NCBI RefSeq assembly: GCF_963506605.1 | Contig: NC_083285.1 | Location: 36,642,001 to 36,706,000 of the forward strand | Direction of reading: 5' to 3' | Length of the DNA: 64,000 bases | Source of the DNA: Zootoca vivipara | Taxonomy: Eukaryota | Part shown: positions 25,759 through 35,246 of the stretch, piece by piece | How positions within the stretch are numbered: the stretch's first letter is position 1 | Layout of the letters: each line of letters starts with the position of its first letter | Notes under the pieces: model-generated | What the model saw: the letters and a program-made list of their open reading frames with translations, nothing else | The model's database searches: none | Told to the model about the DNA's origin: nothing | Translations under genes and position numbers: made by a program

Positions 25759-28700
25759 GTTGTTGTTTAGTCGTTTAGTCGTGTCCGACTCTTCGTGACC
25801 CCATGGACCAGAGCACGCCAGGCACTCCTGTCTTGCACTGCCTCCCGCAGTTTGGTCAAACTCATGTTCGTAGCTTCGAGAACACTGTCCAACCATCTCG
25901 TCCTCTGTCGTCCCCTTCTCCTAGTGCCCTCAATCTTTCCCAACATCAGGGTCTTTTCCAAAGATTCCTCTCTTCTCATGAGGTGGCCAAAGTATTGGAG
26001 CCTCAGCATCACGATCTGTCCTTCCAGGGAGCACTCAGGGCTGATTTCCTGAAGAATGGATAGGTTTGATCTTCTTGCAGTCCATGGGACTCTCAAGAGT
26101 CTCCTCCAGCACCATAATTCAAAAGCATCAATTCTTCGGCGATCAGCCTTCTTTATGGTCCAGCTCTCACTTCCATACATCACTACTGGGAAAACCATAG
26201 CTTTAACTATACGGACCTTTGTCGGCAAGGTGATGTCTCTGCTTTTTAAGATGCTGTCTAGGTTTGTCATCGCTTTTCTCCCAAGAAGCAGGCGTCTTTT
26301 AATTTCGTGACTGCTGTCACCATCTGCAGTGATCAAGGAGCCCAAGAAAGTAAAATCTCTCACTGCCTCCATTTCTTCCCCTTCTATTTGCCAGGAGGTG
26401 ATGGGACCAGTGGCCATGATCTTGGTTTTTTTGATGTTGAGCTTCAGACCATATTTTGCGCTCTCCTCTTTCACCCTCATTAAAAGGTTCTTTAATTCCT
26501 CCTCGCTTTCTGCCATCAAGGTTGTGTCATCTGCATATCTGAGGTTGTTGATATTTCTTCCGGCAATCTTAATTCCGGCTTGGGTTTCATCTAGTCCAGC
26601 CTTTCGCATGATGAATTCTGCATATAAGTTAAATAAGCAGGGAGACAATATACAACCTTGTCGTACTCCTTTCCCAATTTTGAACCAATCAGTTGTTCCA
26701 TATCCAGTTCTAACTGTAGCTTCTTGTCCCACATAGAGATTTCTCAGGAGACAGATGAGGTGATCAGGCACTCCCATTTCTTTAAGAACTTGCCATAGTT
26801 TGCTGTGGTCGACACAGTCAAAGGCTTTTGCATAGTCGATGAAGCAGAAGTAGACGTTTTTCTGGAACTCTCTAGCTTTCTCCATAATCCAGCGCATGTT
26901 TGCTATTTGGTCTCTGGTTCCTCTGCCCTTTCGAAATCCAGCTTGCACTTCTGGGAGTTCTCGGTCCACATACTGCCTAAGCCTGCCTTGTAGAATTTTA
27001 AGCATAACCTTGCTAGCGTGTGAAATGAGCGCAATTGTGCGGTAGTTGGAGCATTCTTTGGCACTGCCCTTCTTTGGAATTGGGATGTAGACTGATCTTC
27101 TCCAATCCTCTGGCCATTGCTGAGTTTTCCAAACTTGCTGGCATATTGGGTGTAGCACCTTAACAGCATCATCTTTTAAAATTTTAAATAGTTCAGCTGG
27201 AATATCATCACTTCCACTGGCCTTGTTATTAGCAATGCTTTCTAAGGCCCATTTGACTTCACTCTCCAAGATGTCTGGCTCAAGGTCAGCAACCACACTA
27301 CCTGGGGTGTACGAGACCTCCATATCTTTCTGGTATAATTCCTCTGTGTATTCTTGCCACCTCTTCTTGATGTCTTCTGCTTCTGTTAGGTCCTTACCAC
27401 TTTTGTCCTTGATTATGGTAATCTTTGTACGAAATGTTCCTTTCATATCTCCAATTTTCTTGAACAGATCTCTGGTTTTCCCCATTCTGTTGTTTTCCTC
27501 TATTTCTTTGCATTGCTCATTTAAGAAGACCCTCTTGTCTCTCCTTGCTGTTTTTTGGAAATCTGCATTCAGTTTCCTGTATCGTTCCCTATCTCCCTTG
27601 CATTTTGCTTGCCTCCTCTCCTCCGCTATTTGTAAGGCCTCGTTGGACAGCCATTTTGCTTTCTTGCATTTCCTTTTCCTTGGGATGGTTTTCGTTGCTG
27701 CCTCCTGTATAATGTTACGAGCCTCCATCCATAGTTCTTCAGGCACTCTGTCCACCAAATCTAAATCCTTAAACCTGTTCCTCACTTCCACTGTGTATTC
27801 ATAAGGGATTTGATTTAGATTGTATTTTACTGGCCCAGTGGTTTTTCCTACTTTCTTCAGTTTAAGCTGGAATTTTGCTATAAGAAGCTGATGATCTGAG
27901 TTACAGTCAGCTCCAGGTCTTGTTTTTGCTGACTGTACAGAGCTTCTCCATCTTTGGCTGCAGAGAATATAATCAATCTGATTTCGATGCTGCCCATTTG
28001 GTGATATCCATGTGTAGAGTCGTCTCTTGTGTTGTTGGAAGAGAGTGTTTGTGATGACCAGCTTGTTCTCTTGACAGAACTCTATTAGCCTTTGCCCTGC
28101 TTCATTTTGAACTCCAAGGCCAAACTTGCCAGTTGTTCCTTTTATCTCTTGATTCCCTACTTTAGCATTCCAATCCCCTGTAATGAGAAGAACATCCTTC
28201 TTTGGTGTCATTTCTAGAAGGTGTTGTAGGTCTTCATAGAATTGGTCAATTTCACTTTCTTCAGCACCGGTAGTTGGTGCATAAACTTGGATTACTGTGA
28301 TGTTAAAAGGTCTGCCTTGGATTCGTATCGAGATCATTCTGTCATTTTTGAGATTGCATCCCATTACAGCTTTTGCCACTCTTTTGTTGACTATGAGGGC
28401 CACTCCATTTCTGCTAAGGGATTCTTGCCCACAGTAGTAGATATGATAGTCATCCAAACTGAATTCGCCCATTCCCTTCCATTTTAGTTCACTGATGCCC
28501 AGGATGTCGATATTTATTCTTGTCATCTCATTTTTGACCACATCCAGCTTACCTCCATTCATGGTTCTTACATTCCAGGTTCCTATGCAATATTTTTCTT
28601 TACAGCATCGGACTTTCCTTTCGCTTCCAGGCATATCCGCAACTGAGCGTCCTTTCGGCTTTGGCCCAGCCGCTTCATCAGCTCTGAATCTACTTGTACT

Positions 28701-28914
28701 TGTCATCCGCTCTTCCTCAGTAGCATGTTGGACGCCTTCCGACCTGAGGGGCTCATCTTCCAGCGTCATAACTTTTATATGCCTGTTGTCTTTGTCCATG
28801 GAGTTTTCTTGGCAGGGATACTGGAGTGGCATAGCTCATAGCTTCTCTGAGTTATTCAAGCCCCTTCGCCACGACAAGGCATTGATCCATGAAGGGGGCA
28901 TTGATCCATGAAGG
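25759..28914 (-). mobile_element. RTE-clade LINE, BovB family, near full length
   Basis: Single EN-RT ORF, (CAA)n 3' tail at ~25757-25766, 11-bp TSD GGTAGTTCCTT (25748-25758 and 28915-28925). Confidence 0.95.
25767..28832 (-). CDS. BovB ORF: AP-endonuclease + reverse transcriptase, 1021 aa, uninterrupted
   Basis: GTWNVR, GISE, YAPT, GDWNA, QIDY, SDH (EN). YRTIAL, FIDYAKAFD, GVRQGCILSPCLF, YADD, FLGS (RT). Confidence 0.93.
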   Translation of the reverse strand: MPLQYPCQENSMDKDNRHIKVMTLEDEPLRSEGVQHATEEERMTSTSRFRADEAAGPKPKGRSVADMPGSERKVRCCKEKYCIGTWNVRTMNGGKLDVVKNEMTRINIDILGISELKWKGMGEFSLDDYHIYYCGQESLSRNGVALIVNKRVAKAVMGCNLKNDRMISIRIQGRPFNITVIQVYAPTTGAEESEIDQFYEDLQHLLEMTPKKDVLLITGDWNAKVGNQEIKGTTGKFGLGVQNEAGQRLIEFCQENKLVITNTLFQQHKRRLYTWISPNGQHRNQIDYILCSQRWRSSVQSAKTRPGADCNSDHQLLIAKFQLKLKKVGKTTGPVKYNLNQIPYEYTVEVRNRFKDLDLVDRVPEELWMEARNIIQEAATKTIPRKRKCKKAKWLSNEALQIAEERRQAKCKGDRERYRKLNADFQKTARRDKRVFLNEQCKEIEENNRMGKTRDLFKKIGDMKGTFRTKITIIKDKSGKDLTEAEDIKKRWQEYTEELYQKDMEVSYTPGSVVADLEPDILESEVKWALESIANNKASGSDDIPAELFKILKDDAVKVLHPICQQVWKTQQWPEDWRRSVYIPIPKKGSAKECSNYRTIALISHASKVMLKILQGRLRQYVDRELPEVQAGFRKGRGTRDQIANMRWIMEKAREFQKNVYFCFIDYAKAFDCVDHSKLWQVLKEMGVPDHLICLLRNLYVGQEATVRTGYGTTDWFKIGKGVRQGCILSPCLFNLYAEFIMRKAGLDETQAGIKIAGRNINNLRYADDTTLMAESEEELKNLLMRVKEESAKYGLKLNIKKTKIMATGPITSWQIEGEEMEAVRDFTFLGSLITADGDSSHEIKRRLLLGRKAMTNLDSILKSRDITLPTKVRIVKAMVFPVVMYGSESWTIKKADRRRIDAFELWCWRRLLRVPWTARRSNLSILQEISPECSLEGQIVMLRLQYFGHLMRREESLEKTLMLGKIEGTRRRGRQRTRWLDSVLEATNMSLTKLREAVQDRSAWRALVHGVTKSRTRLND

Positions 28915-29809
28915 GGTAGTTCCTTAGTTTTCTACAAATTCAGTTGTCCTTACCAAAATGTTGGTTTCACTCTCATTTTATTTAGGTTAAATGAATTAGA
29001 TAGTAACAAGCAGTCCTTCTTCATTCACCAGATTGCAGTCAGGAGTACAAAGGCCTCAACGGGTTTCCCTCACAATTTTATTATCTTAAGTGCATCTAAA
29101 ATGCTTTGCAGCCATCAGCAAGCTTAAACCTGATATTCCTGTTTCCCCATCTGGAGGCTAGATTGTTTGTTTATTGTTAAGTGGGTGGAGCAGGTATAAC
29201 AAACCTAAATCTGTTGTACATTATAATTAGCAGGTGCAGAAATTAAAAGAAAATACCACTGTCTTTTCTTTCTTTTTCTTTTTTTTAGAAAACCTTTATT
29301 ACTTGTTAAAAATTACAAAATTACAAAGAAAATACATACAAAAGAAAATACATATAATCCAGTTACAAAACCAGAAAATACATATAACAAATAAACAGCT
29401 TTTTCCAATCGTAGCATTCTAAAATCGGCCATAAAATCCCATTAACCCAAAACTTGATCTTTACAATTGGGTCTGGGGGCCAAAAATATATGGAACCGGA
29501 CAAGAGAAAGAATAGGGATGAAAGAAGAACGAACAAAGAAGAACAAACGAGGAAAGGGGACCCAGGTAAGTCAATGGTAAGGGAAGGTGGGATGGGGGGG
29601 TAGGGAAAGGGGGAAGGGGGGGGAAATAAACAAAGGATAAAGATAGCTAAAGTAAAGATAGAAAAAGTGTAAAGTAAGGTAAGATTTTGACTTCCCAACA
29701 CTTATCATCGGTTCCCTCACATAAATAAATTTTACTAAGCTTCTCCTTTTATTTACATCAATTGCCTTTCTCTCCTCCCATCACCTTGTTTCCTATCCTC
29801 TTGTGTCTC

Positions 29810-32800
29810 TTAGTCTAAACATATCATTAATTTTGTGCTTATTTTTTGTTTCCACTCATCTTTGATTGTTTGTTTTGGTATCCTTCTGATCGTTGCGGTT
29901 AGCTTTGCAAGTGTCATGTATTCAATCAATTTTATATGCCAATCTTGAATAGTTGGAACCTTATCTCCTTTCCAATTTTGGGCGATCAGCATTCTAGCGG
30001 CCGCACACGAGTAAAGAAGTATGTTCTTCCTGTCTTTTGGTATATCCTCTGGGATCATGCTCAACAGCAAGATCTCAGGTTTTTTCTCGAATGTCAATCT
30101 AAGCATTTTTTTCATTTCTTCGTATATTTTTGACCAATATGAGCTAATCCTATCGCAGCTCCACCAGCAATGAAAAAAATCACCCAATTTCTCTTTGCAT
30201 TTCCAACATTTATCTTGGTTGTTTCTATAAATTTTAGCTAATTTTGCTGGTGTGAGATGATACCTATAAACCATTTTCCATATATTTTCCCTTATTGTCA
30301 TACATGCTGTGAAATTTATATCTTTAATCCATAATTTCTCCCATTGTTCCGCATAAATTACCCTCCCTATATCTTTTGCCCATTTTACCATTACATCTTT
30401 TACCATCTCATCTTTCATTTCCCATTCCAGCAAGAATTTGTAAATTTTCGCCAATGATCTCCCCTGATTTTCTAATAATAATTCTTGTAATTTTGATCTT
30501 TCATCTTCAAATCCAATTACTTTATGTTCTTTAAAGATCGATTGCACTTGAAGGTAATGTAGCCAACTTTGACAGTATTGCTCAATTTGGTTATATGGTT
30601 TTAGCTCATATTGGTTATTTATTTTCTCAATTAATTCTTTATATGTTGGCCAATTATTCCCTTTGGGTTCTTTGCTTGTTGCTGACATTTCTACGGGTGA
30701 AGCCCACCACGGTATTTTAGGTTCTAGTAAGCATCTAAATTCTTCCCAAATATCGAACAGAGGTTTTTTAAATATGTGATTTGTGAAGGATGTATATTCA
30801 CCTTTCTTTTCCTTTAATAGGTATGCGTGCCAGCCTCCAGTATTTCTAAAGCCTTCCAATTTCAATAACTCCAAATCATCCAACAGGAACCAGTCCTTCA
30901 GCCAACACAGGCAAGATGCAGCATAATACAATCTTAAATTCGGAACTCCCAAACCTCCTCTTTCTTTTGCGTCTGTTAACAACCTATATTGTATTCTTGC
31001 CTTTTTTCCTTGCCAAATAAAGTTATTTAGATCTCTTTTCCATGTTTCGAATGTTTCTTTTTTCAACTTTATCGGCAACATTTGAAATAGAAAAATCAGT
31101 TTAGGTAAGATCATCATTTTAATTGCGGCAATCCTGCCTGTTAATGTTAGATTCAGTCCCTTCCAATGCTCTAAATCCTCTTTTATTTTCTTCCAAATTT
31201 TATCATAATTGTTATCAAATAAATCTGCTTTATTATTGGAAATAGTAATTCCCAAATATTTGATTTTCCTCACTATCTCCCACCCACTAATCGTTTGTAT
31301 TTCCCTTTCTTCTTCCTTTCTTATATTTTTAATCATCAATTTAGTTTTTTGATTATTGACTTTTAAGCCCGCTACCTTGCCATAATCTAATAATATACCT
31401 TTCAATTTGGGTAAGGTCTCCACAGGGTCTTCCAACATTATTATCAAATCATCGGCAAAAGCTCGCAATTTGAACTCACTTCTCCCAACCGATATACCCT
31501 TGAGGTTCCTATCCATTTGGATGTCTCTTATTAGAAATTCCAATGCCCATATAAATAATAGTGGGGACAATGGGCATCCCTGCCGCGTTCCCTTAGAAAT
31601 TTCAAATTCTTTTGATATGTCCCCATTAATGATCAACCTCGCCAGCTGTTTACTATATATGGCCTTTATTCCCTCCATAAATCTTCCTTTAATTCCTAAT
31701 TTTTTCAACGCCCCTATCATAAATTCCCATGCCAGATTATCAAATGCCTTTTCGGCGTCCAAGAATATGAAAGCTGTCTTCTTACTAGGATTCCATTCCA
31801 CATATTCAAACATATCTAATAGGATTCTAATATTACTAGACATTTTTCTTTGGGGTAAAAAGCCTTGTTGTTCTTTGCCTATTACTTTATTTAATACACA
31901 TTTTATCCTGTTGGCTAGAATTCCAGCAAATACTTTATAATCAATATTTAATAATGAAATTGGCCTATAGTTCCCTATTTCTTCTCTTCTCTCAATATCC
32001 TTAGGTATCAGGGTAATGTATGTATTTTGCCACGATTTTGGAAACTCTCTTCCCTCTAAAATTTCGTCTACCATTACCTTATATACTTCTTTTAATTCAT
32101 CTTGTAGCACTTTATAATGTTTTCCTGTTAGGCCATCCGTGCCTGGTGATTTCCCCAATTTAAGTTTATTTATCTCATCTGTAATTTCTTGATATGAAAT
32201 TGGTTTGTTTAAATTCTCCAATTCTTCTGAACTGATGCCAAATCCAGTGAATTTATCTAAATATTCTTCTAATTTCTTATTATTGATATTTTCCCCTTTA
32301 TACAATTTACTGTAATATTTCACAAAGCCATCTTGTATTTCATCTGGGTTGGTCTTAAGCTTTCCCCCATCCTTTATTGCAATAATTTGCTGCTGACTCC
32401 GTCTCTTCCTTAATTGCCAGGCCAATAATTTACCAGATCTACTTCCCAATTCAAAGGTTCTTTGTTTTGCCCATATAATTCTACTCTCTATTTCTTCATC
32501 CATTAATTGTTTTAAATTATTCTGTAACACTTTCATTTGTGTCTTTATATTGACATTTTTTGGGTTTTTCCCCAATTCTTTTTCTGTTAATTCAATCTCA
32601 GATTTCAATTTTTCTATCTTTTCCTGCTTGTCTCTCCTATATCTACTTTTCTGTTGTATGTACAATCCTCGGATATAGGCCTTACTGGCATCCCATACAG
32701 ATGTTATATTTACCTCTGGCGATACATTAAGTTCAAAAAATTCCCTCACCGACTCCCTCAGTTTTCCAACAAAGATCTCGTCTTCTAATAGTCTGTCATC

Positions 32801-33538
32801 CATTCTCCACCTTTTAATACTTTTTCTCTCTTCCCTAATCTTTACCATTATCGGGTTATGGTCGGTTACCGATTTAGCCATAATCTCACACTTTTTAATC
32901 AATGTTGTTAGACCTGTGGAGACCCAAATTATGTCTATCCTAGAAGCTGACTGTTTTGCCTCGGAAAAAAACGTATATTTCCTTTCCGTTGGATGTTTGA
33001 GTCTCCACATATCTTTTAGCTCATAATTTTCAATTATTTGGAAGAAAGCTTTCGGCAACTTGCCTCCTTTCTTGGTATCACTTGATCTATCTAGGCTTGG
33101 TAATACCACACCATTAAAGTCACCTGCGAATATTATCTCATCCCCATCAATAACCTCGCTTAGTATCTGTTCAATTTTGTGGAAGAATCCAGATTTGCAT
33201 CCGTTAGGTGCGTATATGTTTACCACTATTACTTTCCCTTTGGGTGTATAAATTCTTACCCCTACCACCCTCCCTTCATCATCCTGAAATACCTTTTCTG
33301 ATTTTAGATTCTCTTTTACATATGTTACTACTCCTCTTTTTTTCTTCTTTTTGTCGGCCGATATATGCTCTCTCCCCAATCGTTCATTCTTTAGAACCCT
33401 TTCATGTTTTCTTACCACATGTGTTTCCTGTAAACAAATCACATTCCAATCTCCTTTTTTTAATACATGTTCCACCCTATTCCTTTTCCTTTTGCAATTC
33501 AATCCATTTATATTCCATGACACAATATTTAGTTCCAT
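29810..33538 (-). CDS. L1 ORF2: endonuclease, reverse transcriptase, CCHC domain, 1242 aa, uninterrupted
   Basis: WNINGL, CLQETH, NIYAPN, GDFN, SRID, TDH (EN). KSPGTDG, YRPISLLN, LDAEKAFD, GTRQGCPLSPLLF, FADD, YLGI (RT). CWKC-x8-H-x4-C knuckle. Confidence 0.95.
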   Translation of the reverse strand: MELNIVSWNINGLNCKRKRNRVEHVLKKGDWNVICLQETHVVRKHERVLKNERLGREHISADKKKKKRGVVTYVKENLKSEKVFQDDEGRVVGVRIYTPKGKVIVVNIYAPNGCKSGFFHKIEQILSEVIDGDEIIFAGDFNGVVLPSLDRSSDTKKGGKLPKAFFQIIENYELKDMWRLKHPTERKYTFFSEAKQSASRIDIIWVSTGLTTLIKKCEIMAKSVTDHNPIMVKIREERKSIKRWRMDDRLLEDEIFVGKLRESVREFFELNVSPEVNITSVWDASKAYIRGLYIQQKSRYRRDKQEKIEKLKSEIELTEKELGKNPKNVNIKTQMKVLQNNLKQLMDEEIESRIIWAKQRTFELGSRSGKLLAWQLRKRRSQQQIIAIKDGGKLKTNPDEIQDGFVKYYSKLYKGENINNKKLEEYLDKFTGFGISSEELENLNKPISYQEITDEINKLKLGKSPGTDGLTGKHYKVLQDELKEVYKVMVDEILEGREFPKSWQNTYITLIPKDIERREEIGNYRPISLLNIDYKVFAGILANRIKCVLNKVIGKEQQGFLPQRKMSSNIRILLDMFEYVEWNPSKKTAFIFLDAEKAFDNLAWEFMIGALKKLGIKGRFMEGIKAIYSKQLARLIINGDISKEFEISKGTRQGCPLSPLLFIWALEFLIRDIQMDRNLKGISVGRSEFKLRAFADDLIIMLEDPVETLPKLKGILLDYGKVAGLKVNNQKTKLMIKNIRKEEEREIQTISGWEIVRKIKYLGITISNNKADLFDNNYDKIWKKIKEDLEHWKGLNLTLTGRIAAIKMMILPKLIFLFQMLPIKLKKETFETWKRDLNNFIWQGKKARIQYRLLTDAKERGGLGVPNLRLYYAASCLCWLKDWFLLDDLELLKLEGFRNTGGWHAYLLKEKKGEYTSFTNHIFKKPLFDIWEEFRCLLEPKIPWWASPVEMSATSKEPKGNNWPTYKELIEKINNQYELKPYNQIEQYCQSWLHYLQVQSIFKEHKVIGFEDERSKLQELLLENQGRSLAKIYKFLLEWEMKDEMVKDVMVKWAKDIGRVIYAEQWEKLWIKDINFTACMTIRENIWKMVYRYHLTPAKLAKIYRNNQDKCWKCKEKLGDFFHCWWSCDRISSYWSKIYEEMKKMLRLTFEKKPEILLLSMIPEDIPKDRKNILLYSCAAARMLIAQNWKGDKVPTIQDWHIKLIEYMTLAKLTATIRRIPKQTIKDEWKQKISTKLMICLD

Positions 33539-33818
33539 AATTATTTGATGTTATTAATGTTATTGTTATTATATATATCTACATGTGTATCTGTCTATGT
33601 ATGCGTTCAAATATTTTTCTGATAAGTTACTTCTCTTTCTCCAAAATAATTAACTTTATTATTTCAATAAGAAGAGTAAAAAAAAGGAGAAAAGAAAAAA
33701 GAAAACTCACTGCAAAAATTTCAAACATTCAATATTGTAGTCACCTCGTCCCCACCCTCTTAATAGAAGTTGCTTTCTATTACAAAATATGAATTTTTCC
33801 TTACAACTTGTTTCGATT

Positions 33819-34603
33819 TCAGCTCTCTTCCTCCTCCCCCTCTCCCCTTTCCACCAGTTCCCTTCCTGATCTCTCCAAGAAGGTTTCTACGTCTTCCACA
33901 CTCTTTATCGTTTTTCTTCTCTCTTTAAATGTGAAAGTGAGACCTTCAGGAAATTCCCATACATACCAGATCCCCTTTCTTGTTAGGGCATCTGTCAGTC
34001 TTTTGTATTTTTGTCTCTTGAGTCTGAACCGTTTCGGAATCTCCTTAAAAATGGCAATACTCTTGCCTTCGATCACCAGGGGTTCCTGTTTCTTTCTTTG
34101 TAAGATTTTATCTTTTAGCAAGCCGGAGTTTAGAAATATCAAACAGTCACCGGGTCCTTTAAATTTCTTGGATCTGTCCCCTCTGACTCGGTATATTTTG
34201 TCCACATCTAACGTCAGCTCATCTTCTCCAACACCAAGCCATGCCGCCAATTCTTTGCATATCTTTTCATCGATCCTCTCACCTTGTCTTTCGGGAACGC
34301 CTCTCAAACGAAGAATTAACTCTTTCTGCCTCATTTCTACTAAGGCCAGTTGGTCTGCCAGCTCCTCTTGTGCCTTTAGCAGTTCTCTCCTCTCTTTATC
34401 ATTCCTTTCTTGCATTCTTTTCAGGTCCTTGCTCTCTGTTGTCAATTTACCAATGTTGTCCTCTTGATTATTGACTTTGGTATTTAGCTCTTTCACTGCT
34501 TTTTCCATTTCCTTATTTTTACCAAAGAGTTCCTTGATTTGGCCAGTCAATTCTGAAATCACTTTGGAATTATTCTCTAGTTTGGCCTCAACAGAAGGAC
34601 AGC
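33819..34603 (-). CDS. L1 ORF1, N-terminally truncated (coiled coil + RRM-like/CTD region)
   Basis: Heptad-like K/E-rich N-half, then LRLRGVPE...IAIFKEIP...WEFPEGL. The frame stays open up to the TSD with no ATG above the track's GTG start at 34562. Confidence 0.85.
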
Positions 34604-35110
34604 AGAAAATACCACTGTCTTTTCAATTGGTTCTGGTATATACTACAGAAGCATGCTATTAGGCAGGTAACAAAATTTAATGCACATATAAATTGTTTCT
34701 GGGTAATGGACTGGATTAAAGCCAATAAACTAAATAAATTAAAACAGAAGATAGAATTTCAATGCTTTTGCTTTATTGCAAGCTTCACCTTTTGAAGAGT
34801 ATGGCATAAATCCATGAATAAGGAACCAAACTAGCAATTGCTCTCACCTGCCTCCAACAATTCCTTGTAGGTTTCCACTTCTTCTTATTCTTCAACCATG
34901 TCCCAGCCCTGAGCAAAATAAAAAGGTGTGGATTCAAATTCTTGCCTAGCAGGTGTATGGGATCACCCCAAAATGGTTGTAAGGAAGAGAAGCAACTCCT
35001 CCAACTGGACCATCACCTTTAAAGACTGAGTAAGATACTGTCATCCCTGGTCTGTACTTCTGTTGTAAAATGAAAATCGTCATTAGCCCATGGTTCTCAA
35101 TGCTCTAGGC

Positions 35111-35246
35111 CAGGCATCCCCAAACTTCGGCCCTCCAGATGTTTTGGACTACAATTCCCATCTTCCCCAACCACTGGTCCTGTTAGCTAGGAATCATGGG
35201 AGTTGTAGGCCAAAACATCTGGAGGGCCGCAGTTTGGGAATGCCTG
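35111..35246. mobile_element. Palindromic hAT-type MITE (136 bp)
   Basis: CAGGCATCCCCAAACT...AGTTTGGGAATGCCTG. 8-bp TSD CTCTAGGC. Confidence 0.9.

Larger units (their letters stand above)
29268..34603 (-). mobile_element. L1-clade LINE, 5'-truncated inside ORF1
   Basis: ORF1 + 280-bp spacer + ORF2 + 3' UTR. AATAAA (minus) at 29295-29300, A-rich tail ~29268-29286. 20-bp TSD AGAAAATACCACTGTCTTTT (29248-29267 and 34604-34623) at a TTTT/CA L1-type nick site. Confidence 0.95.

Noticed and set aside
25795-34467. Plus-strand ORFs of 85-219 aa within the LINEs
   Set aside because: Antisense shadows of the LINE ORFs.
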